From Amoeboradix gromovi X-113 (taxonomy: Eukaryota; Fungi; Sanchytriomycota): DNA of 5,514 nt. A model generated the notes under the pieces. That model worked only from the letters and a program-made list of their open reading frames with translations. It did no database searches and was not told where the DNA came from. Location of the stretch: the NCBI GenBank assembly GCA_018985225.1, contig JADGIF010000650.1:1-5514 (forward strand). The letters run 5' to 3'. Positions 1 through 5,514 of this stretch are shown one piece after another (within the stretch, counting starts at the first letter, position 1; the number at the start of each line of letters is the position of its first letter). A program made the position numbers and the translations under genes.

Positions 1-45
1 CGTCAACTCCGCAACTAGCTGAATGTCCACTCGCCTCTTAAATAA

Positions 46-414
46 TGTTCCAAGTTGTTACAGAAAGTTAGTCCAGTTTTTATATTTGATGTCCCATTTG
101 CATTTCAGTCAGGACATCGTGACTTTTCTTGTGTGCGAGAAACAGACAGACAGTTTATTCGTAATGAAATCCAAATCAGAACTTTGATTGCTTTATTGGA
201 CACTCTAGACAGTATATTCACATTTCAAATGATTATAAATCCAACTCATGACAAAATTGACGACTTTAGAAACGATGCTTACTCAAGAGCTAACGAGGTC
301 AGATTTCTTATGGCCTGCCGTTATTTATCTCTTTTTCCGTTATGCACCGACTCTAGATTTAGATTGTTTGCTAAAAACGATATAAAAACTATGAAAGTAG
401 ATAACAATTTTTAA
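46..414 (+). CDS. Hypothetical protein, terminal exon or pseudogene remnant; start uncertain
   Basis: 122 sense codons without a stop in AT-rich DNA, not antisense to any long ORF, ending TAA 412-414 with AATAAA at 434-439. The first in-frame ATG is only at 229 (the ORF-track start at 55 is TTG). No recognisable domain. Confidence 0.4.
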   Translation, partial: CSKLLQKVSPVFIFDVPFAFQSGHRDFSCVRETDRQFIRNEIQIRTLIALLDTLDSIFTFQMIINPTHDKIDDFRNDAYSRANEVRFLMACRYLSLFPLCTDSRFRLFAKNDIKTMKVDNNF

Positions 415-487
415 CACCAGATAAACCTTTTTTAATAAAGCATGCAAGAGTTCAGAGAAACTATGGGATACTTAAATATATTTCCTG

Positions 488-493
488 TTTATT
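488..493 (-). terminator. Putative polyadenylation signal of NOG2
   Basis: AATAAA on the - strand, 5 nt after the TAG stop. Confidence 0.5.
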
Positions 494-498
494 TGAAA

Positions 499-2211
499 CT
501 ATTTTTTTCTTGTGATTCTAGTCTTTCCTGGCAGTCTTTTACTCATTTCTTGCCTTCTTTCATGCACTTGCTTACTGTGTGCCATCTTAGGTCTGTTTCT
601 GTTTTTTGCGCTTACACGATCGTAAAAGTTGTTACCGCTTTGGTCTATCTGTTTTACTTGTTCTACTGCATCCTCTGCCAACACCGAATCGTCGTCACTA
701 AAGGGATCATCCTCCATAACTTGCAAGTCCATCTGGTTACTATCTCCTACCATGTCTTTGAATACGTCATCCCAGTCCACCAATTCTTCTTCTTTCTCGT
801 CCACTGAAGCATCCTCTTGAAATTCATCTCTGACTTTTATTTTACTAAACTTCTGATCCACGTGCAGAGTTTTTGCCTCTTCACTCTGAATTCCTTCTTC
901 TTGTTCCATTACTTTTACCACAGTATCCTGGTCATCGTTTTTTGGAGGTGACATAAACCAAGGAATTTTTCCACGAGTAAAATCGTTAAGTACCATTACA
1001 CTAACAGTCCGCATATCAGCTACTCCTCCCTTCAATAATTTACCAGTTTTTTTGCCTAATAGCGTTAACAAATCTTCAGCATTTTTAAAATCAACTAACC
1101 CATACGTTTTAAGCAAGTACTCTTTTTTAACTCGTTTTAACACATCAGGAATATATACCATAGGATCGTCTAATTGCTCAACACGGCAACAGCCTTTCAA
1201 GACAACTTCTGAGTCTGTCTGGTTATTATAAACAATTCCGGGACAATCAATTAAATAAATCTTCTTCATTAAAGTAATATACTGCCACACCTTAGTTTCT
1301 CCTGCTATTGGTGCTACTACGCATACTTTTTTACCTCTCAACGTGTTAATTATAGAAGACTTTCCTGTGTTTGGAAACCCAACAATGCCAACACTTAGCT
1401 GTTGCCTATTCATTTTTAAATAAATCTGTACATATTGGCGAAGCAGTTGGATTAAGGCACCTTTTCCAAATGATTTCGAAGGATGGGCATGGAATGCGAT
1501 TGTTGGGCCCAGTCGGCTAAAATATTTGATCCACTGTTTAGTCATAAAAGTAGGAATCAAATCAGTCTTATTGAGAATAAAAACAAGATGTTTATGGGTT
1601 TTTTCAGAAAGATACTTATTGATTGATTCACAATACGTCCCCAAAGGATCCCTAGCATCTAATACATGCAATATGATATCGCTGCTATCTAATACCTTGT
1701 ATAGTTCAGTATAAATGCGGTTAGAGGTCCCTTTTTTTAGGATGTGTTGGGTCTTGACCATGTAATCAGGATCATCATCAACAGTTCCTACTTTTTCCAA
1801 TCTTGCCGAGCGCTTTAATATATCAGCATAGTCACCCATGTCTCTCTTCTTGCTTAAATAGGCCTCACTAAAGTTTAAATCTCTTTTATTTGTTTTCGTA
1901 TCCATTAAAAGCTGCATTGGAAGTTGCATTTTGTTCATCAAGACAGAATAGTTACCCTTTTCTTTTTCCTCTGCCAATTTCTTCTGTGTCTCATGGATCT
2001 CTTGAAGTTTCATTTGCTTAATTGTTCTTGTATTGGTAAACCATTTCAAAGATGGATGTATTCTGGCGTTGTGCTTAGTTGAAGTGCTTTGAAACGGTGC
2101 ATCTTTGATAATCTTACCAGCACCATCAATGATGGTCTTTTGGTTATACATCTTAAGAACCTTGTGTTGCTGCGTTGAATGGTAAAAATGTTTTTGAGCT
2201 TCTTTCGGCAT
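499..2211 (-). CDS. NOG2: Nucleolar GTP-binding protein 2 (Nog2/GNL2), circularly permuted GTPase of pre-60S maturation. The ORF can extend in frame to an ATG at 2247.
   Basis: NGP1NT-like N-terminus (HFYH..KVLKMY, APFQS, ARIHPSLKWFTNTRTI, LPMQLL), KGTSNRIYTELYKVLDSSD and the DARDP motif. G motifs are in permuted order: G4 NKTD, G1 GFPNTGKSS, G2 APIAGETKVWQY, G3 DCPG. Also NDFTRGKIPWF and an acidic then basic C-terminal tail; stop TAG. ATG 2211 (MPKEAQ) is preferred because of its AAGGAAAATG context, but 2247 is possible. Confidence 0.96.
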   Translation of the reverse strand: MPKEAQKHFYHSTQQHKVLKMYNQKTIIDGAGKIIKDAPFQSTSTKHNARIHPSLKWFTNTRTIKQMKLQEIHETQKKLAEEKEKGNYSVLMNKMQLPMQLLMDTKTNKRDLNFSEAYLSKKRDMGDYADILKRSARLEKVGTVDDDPDYMVKTQHILKKGTSNRIYTELYKVLDSSDIILHVLDARDPLGTYCESINKYLSEKTHKHLVFILNKTDLIPTFMTKQWIKYFSRLGPTIAFHAHPSKSFGKGALIQLLRQYVQIYLKMNRQQLSVGIVGFPNTGKSSIINTLRGKKVCVVAPIAGETKVWQYITLMKKIYLIDCPGIVYNNQTDSEVVLKGCCRVEQLDDPMVYIPDVLKRVKKEYLLKTYGLVDFKNAEDLLTLLGKKTGKLLKGGVADMRTVSVMVLNDFTRGKIPWFMSPPKNDDQDTVVKVMEQEEGIQSEEAKTLHVDQKFSKIKVRDEFQEDASVDEKEEELVDWDDVFKDMVGDSNQMDLQVMEDDPFSDDDSVLAEDAVEQVKQIDQSGNNFYDRVSAKNRNRPKMAHSKQVHERRQEMSKRLPGKTRITRKK

Positions 2212-2345
2212 TTTCCTTTTGCAACACCCTTTGAAATTGTTTATCATGCAACTTAAAATTGCACCTCAAATGCTCTATTAGATCTTGCCTACTACACATA
2301 GACATTCACAACGGCATTTCACAAAAAATAATGAATATACAATAA

Positions 2346-2351
2346 TTTATT
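2346..2351 (-). terminator. Putative polyadenylation signal of the CTD phosphatase gene
   Basis: AATAAA on the - strand, 5 nt after the TGA stop, followed by an AT/T-rich tract. Confidence 0.5.
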
Positions 2352-2356
2352 TAGTT

Positions 2357-3016
2357 TCACCTTTTCAAAATCGTCCTTACATCGTGAACAGTAGCCATAT
2401 CTTTTAGTAAATTGGAGAGAACTATTAGTTCTGTATCTGCTTTGTCGCTAAACCAGCTAGTGACAGGTACTGCGTTCTCAGGATGAAAGCAATACGACGC
2501 AGGCGAGTTGTCGATTATTATGACCCTCTCAAGATTACGATTTAGCTGGGAAAGATCCTTAACATATATACCTTTGTGATAAGTGCAGTGCTGTCTGTAC
2601 AATCGAAAGTTAACCAAGCGTAATGTGTCAATGAAATCAACAACTGGATCCGCATACTTTGAAAGAGAGGCAGTAAAAATCACAAGCTCATATATTTTTG
2701 ACATCTCTACTATAAATTCTTTTGCATATGGTCTTAGTAGAACGTATAAACAGTGTTTTACTTTATCCAATTCAATTTCAACTATTAGATCTGGATTATC
2801 TATAGCAGCAAAGGAGGCATGAACTAAAGTCTCATCTAGATCAATTATTAAGGTTTTCTTTGTATGGCTCACAGAGGGTAGTAATTGCTGTTGAGTTCTT
2901 AAAATTTGAGATGACTGAATCACCACTTCTGCTGTTTGTTGAGTAATCAGCTTAGTCTCATTAACTTTTGCTGTCCCAAAGCAGTTACATATATTTTGGA
3001 TGATTGCAGAAATCAT
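2357..3016 (-). CDS. Small CTD phosphatase of the FCP1/SCP (NIF) HAD family, Psr1/Psr2- or CTDSP-like
   Basis: KKTLIIDLDETLVHASF (DxDxT catalytic motif), LRPY, FTASLSKYADPVVD, RLYRQHC, YVKDLSQLNR, IIIDNSPASY and WFSDKADTEL. The N-terminus MISAIIQNICNCF resembles the Cys-containing lipidated N-terminus of yeast Psr1/2. Stop TGA. Confidence 0.93.
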   Translation of the reverse strand: MISAIIQNICNCFGTAKVNETKLITQQTAEVVIQSSQILRTQQQLLPSVSHTKKTLIIDLDETLVHASFAAIDNPDLIVEIELDKVKHCLYVLLRPYAKEFIVEMSKIYELVIFTASLSKYADPVVDFIDTLRLVNFRLYRQHCTYHKGIYVKDLSQLNRNLERVIIIDNSPASYCFHPENAVPVTSWFSDKADTELIVLSNLLKDMATVHDVRTILKR

Positions 3017-3317
3017 TTTCCTTCAAGAAGGTGTTTCACTCTGATTGATACGTAACAGTGGATGGATGGTCACACCAAATGCTCCAATCTACTTGTCATG
3101 TAAATTCCTATGAAATGAAAAAGAACTTATTCAAATTCTGGTTTTAGTCAGCTTAACCAAATTTTGCATATCTAGTCCTTTCGTCAAGTCAAAATAAGTT
3201 ATCAAAATCATTATGGTTTAAGGCAACACACGCTTTGGATCTAAGATTTTAGGTTCAAAAAAAGTAATCAAAGGTTAAGAACTCGTGATCGGATTACTCC
3301 TCTAAACGGAACTACGA
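3017..3317. promoter_or_regulatory. Divergent (probably bidirectional) promoter region between the CTD phosphatase and ADI1
   Basis: 301-nt non-coding gap between two head-to-head start codons; inferred from gene geometry only. Confidence 0.55.
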
Positions 3318-3836
3318 ATGTTGGCATACTATTATGCAGAGGGTTCTGAGCCTTATTACATGCCGCATATGGGAGGCAAAGTAACAAATGAAGAGATTAG
3401 CCTGCTAGGAATTGAGTGCAAGAAGATTGAGATGCATGACGATGTCATCAACGAAATGATTAATGAGCACATTGAGGTTTATCCAGCTCACGATGTCATC
3501 AACCTCTCTAAAAATACACCAAGAGATAAACTGGATATGTTTTTTGAGGAGCATCTACATGAGGATGCTGAAGTTCGTTTTATTACTAAAGGTTGCGGTT
3601 ATTTTGATGTTCGATCTAAAGAAGATAAGTGGATTAGAATTAAGGTGGAAAGTGGTGATTTTATTATACTTCCTGCGGGAATTTATCATAGGTTTACTAT
3701 TGACGAGAGCATGACTATTCAAGCATTAAGATTGTTTGAAGTGGTCCCAAAATGGACTCCTATAAATAGAAAACCATCCATAGAAACCATGGAAGCCAGA
3801 CAAAATTACTTGAAAAGTATCCAGTTTGCTCAATAA
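3318..3836 (+). CDS. ADI1: Acireductone dioxygenase (ARD/ARD', cupin; methionine salvage)
   Basis: FFEEHLHEDAEVRF (His, His, Glu metal ligands), GCGYFDVR, WIRI and GDFIILPAGIYHRFT (fourth ligand His), followed by ALRLF, PKWTPINR and ARQNYL. The 172 aa length matches the eukaryotic family. Confidence 0.97.
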   Translation: MLAYYYAEGSEPYYMPHMGGKVTNEEISLLGIECKKIEMHDDVINEMINEHIEVYPAHDVINLSKNTPRDKLDMFFEEHLHEDAEVRFITKGCGYFDVRSKEDKWIRIKVESGDFIILPAGIYHRFTIDESMTIQALRLFEVVPKWTPINRKPSIETMEARQNYLKSIQFAQ

Positions 3837-3837
3837 A
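3832..3837 (+). terminator. Putative polyadenylation signal of ADI1 overlapping the stop codon
   Basis: cAA TAA A forms AATAAA across the stop; a second AATAAA lies at 3915-3920. Confidence 0.4.
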
Positions 3838-3966
3838 TGCGCTTGCTTGAACTTCTTTTCAAATATATGCAGCTCCTCATTTAAATTCGTGGTTTCTCGA
3901 TAAGTGGTCTACTCAATAAAATTCATTATCTGCTAATTTTGGTGCTTTTATTTTCCAAACTGCTCA

Positions 3967-5427
3967 ATGGAATTAGTACTTCGGCTATTGACATTCAATG
4001 CACCATACTCAGGATATAATGATCCTCCAAGATTTGGTGATTTCCAAGCACATCGCCACTGGATGTATTTAACAAAATCACATCCAATTGAAGAATGGTA
4101 TACATGGAATCAAAGCCATATTTATCAAAATGAAACTACGGATCAATGGGCACTTGATTACCCACCGATTGCTGCCTATGCTCATAAACTATATGGGTTT
4201 ACAATGCCAGATAAATATTCAGAGCACGGCAATCAGGATGACTTATTAGTTTTAAGAATGAGATTGTTCATATTTGTAATAGATTTGCTGCTAATATCTA
4301 TGATTCACAAGTTCAGATACTTTTCCAGCTCTCCAAAAGTCAGTTTTGTAATAGTTCTCTGTCACCCAATGCTAATCCTAATTGATTACATCCATTACCA
4401 ACCTAACAATCTTATGTTTTTATTTCTGTCTGCCAGCATATATCTCTTGGCCAAGTCTTTCAAAAACAGAAATTATTCGCTACTTGGTACAGTTTGTTTT
4501 GTTTTTTGCTTGGCCAGTAAACAAATGGCATTTGTATATGCACCTGTGGTTGGAATGTCATATCTTGCGTTATGTATTAAGCAGCACTCTATAACAGGCA
4601 GAGTACTGCTGATTATGAAATTGACCTTAGCAGTCTTCTTTGCAATTGGTATTTGTCTTCTTCCTTTTTCAATAAATTACCTTGATTTTAAATCAGGATT
4701 GATAGAGCAAACAAGCGCCATAATAAACAGAATCTTTCCAATTCACCGCGGATTGTACGAGGACAAGTTAGCAAATTTCTGGTGTCTCTCGGATGTTATC
4801 TTTAAATGGAGAGATAGACTAAATGAATCAGTTCTCGCTAAATTGTGCACTATTGTATGCTTAGCTTCAACGATACCTATTGGAGTTAACATATATAATA
4901 CTGTATTAAAGGTAAACAATCCTACACTGGTAATAAATAAAATATGGTTGGCATGCGCCTGTAGCAGTTTTGTAGGATTCTTGTTTGGGTATCATATTCA
5001 CGAAAAGACTATACTATTGCCTGTATTTGCTATATTACTATATTTTGTGACTTCAATGAACTCTGATTTAAATACTTCTAGTTACATAATCTATAAATTT
5101 CTGACTATTTCAGCCTTCAATGTATTTCCACTGGTTACTCTGGATTCTTCTATTCATTACTTTATTGCTCTACACTTGGTATGGATGTCTATCTACTCTC
5201 CATCGCTGCTGAAAATAAAATTTAAGACAGTGATTGATGTTTTTTACAGTCCGGTTATTTATTCTTTATTAGCAGTATTACAAGCATATCCTGTATTTGT
5301 AATTACAAAATATCCATATATATTTAATTTGGCAATTTATGCATGGTGTTTTGTTGGAAATATTGGATGCTTAATCACACTGCTGCACTGTTTGTATAGA
5401 AGAGAAGCATATAAGAAGGATTTGTAA
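3967..5427 (+). CDS. ALG6: Dolichyl-P-Glc:Man9GlcNAc2-PP-dolichol alpha-1,3-glucosyltransferase (ALG6/ALG8 family, GT57), closest to ALG6
   Basis: ALG6-type motifs PYSGYNDPPRFGDF..RHW, KQMAFVYAP and RIFPIHRGLYEDKLANFWC, plus family motifs LDYPP and HEKTILLP. Many hydrophobic segments and a C-terminal KKDL (dilysine KKxx ER retrieval). Confidence 0.9.
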   Translation: MELVLRLLTFNAPYSGYNDPPRFGDFQAHRHWMYLTKSHPIEEWYTWNQSHIYQNETTDQWALDYPPIAAYAHKLYGFTMPDKYSEHGNQDDLLVLRMRLFIFVIDLLLISMIHKFRYFSSSPKVSFVIVLCHPMLILIDYIHYQPNNLMFLFLSASIYLLAKSFKNRNYSLLGTVCFVFCLASKQMAFVYAPVVGMSYLALCIKQHSITGRVLLIMKLTLAVFFAIGICLLPFSINYLDFKSGLIEQTSAIINRIFPIHRGLYEDKLANFWCLSDVIFKWRDRLNESVLAKLCTIVCLASTIPIGVNIYNTVLKVNNPTLVINKIWLACACSSFVGFLFGYHIHEKTILLPVFAILLYFVTSMNSDLNTSSYIIYKFLTISAFNVFPLVTLDSSIHYFIALHLVWMSIYSPSLLKIKFKTVIDVFYSPVIYSLLAVLQAYPVFVITKYPYIFNLAIYAWCFVGNIGCLITLLHCLYRREAYKKDL

Positions 5428-5482
5428 CATTTGGGACATGCTCTGTAAAAACTAGACAAAACAAAATGTATCGAAATTTCAA

Positions 5483-5488
5483 AATAAA
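5483..5488 (+). terminator. Putative polyadenylation signal of ALG6
   Basis: AATAAA 55 nt downstream of the TAA stop. Confidence 0.4.
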
Positions 5489-5514
5489 TATTCTGTACAG
5501 CTATTCTCTTGCTC

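Noticed and set aside
105-116. Minus-strand C-P-D-TGA resembling a selenoprotein CxxU motif
   Set aside because: No ATG start, further stops in the same frame, no thioredoxin-like context and no SECIS seen; the frame looks like the shadow of the + strand ORF
442-1714. + strand ORFs 442-807, 629-820 and 1526-1714
   Set aside because: Antisense shadows of NOG2, with F/L/S-rich composition and no motifs
2281-2297. GTGTAGTA and AAGATC on the - strand resembling U2 snRNA segments
   Set aside because: The segments are in the wrong order, with no U2 stem I/IIa or Sm-site context
2583-2822. + strand 79-aa ORF
   Set aside because: Antisense shadow of the conserved phosphatase gene
3050-3070. CAGTGG resembling an iron-responsive element loop upstream of the Fe/Ni enzyme ADI1
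   Set aside because: The flanks do not form the 5-bp upper stem with a bulged C
3463-4594. Alternative-frame ORFs 3463-3714 and 4382-4594
   Set aside because: Nested out of frame within ADI1 and ALG6, with no independent coding evidence
1-5427. Reassigned genetic code (TAA/TAG=Gln or CTG=Ser), suggested by in-frame stops at 16 and 43
   Set aside because: The four conserved genes have no internal TAR codons and end at plausible positions with TAG, TGA and TAA; CTG at 3531 encodes a conserved Leu of ADI1
499-5427. The four genes as a functional cluster or novel system
   Set aside because: Ribosome biogenesis, phosphatase signalling, methionine salvage and N-glycosylation are unrelated housekeeping functions; adjacency is explained by genome compaction

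Overview
AT-rich eukaryotic DNA with very high gene density, no clear introns in the four conserved genes and the standard genetic code. It most resembles a compact-genome, fast-evolving fungus-like lineage, but taxonomy cannot be fixed from this window. It holds four recognisable housekeeping genes: nucleolar GTPase NOG2 (-), a compact Psr1/SCP-type HAD CTD phosphatase (-), acireductone dioxygenase ADI1 (+) and an ALG6-family Dol-P-Glc glucosyltransferase (+). An unexplained stop-free frame lies at the left end (46-414). I see no mobile element, CRISPR array or intact RNA gene, and no convincing new multi-gene system. The most notable points are an ALG6 with several ALG8-like motif substitutions and a shortened first TM helix, AATAAA signals at or just after stop codons, an identical AAGGAAAATG start context in two adjacent genes, and the orphan left-end ORF with a possible 46-nt intron.
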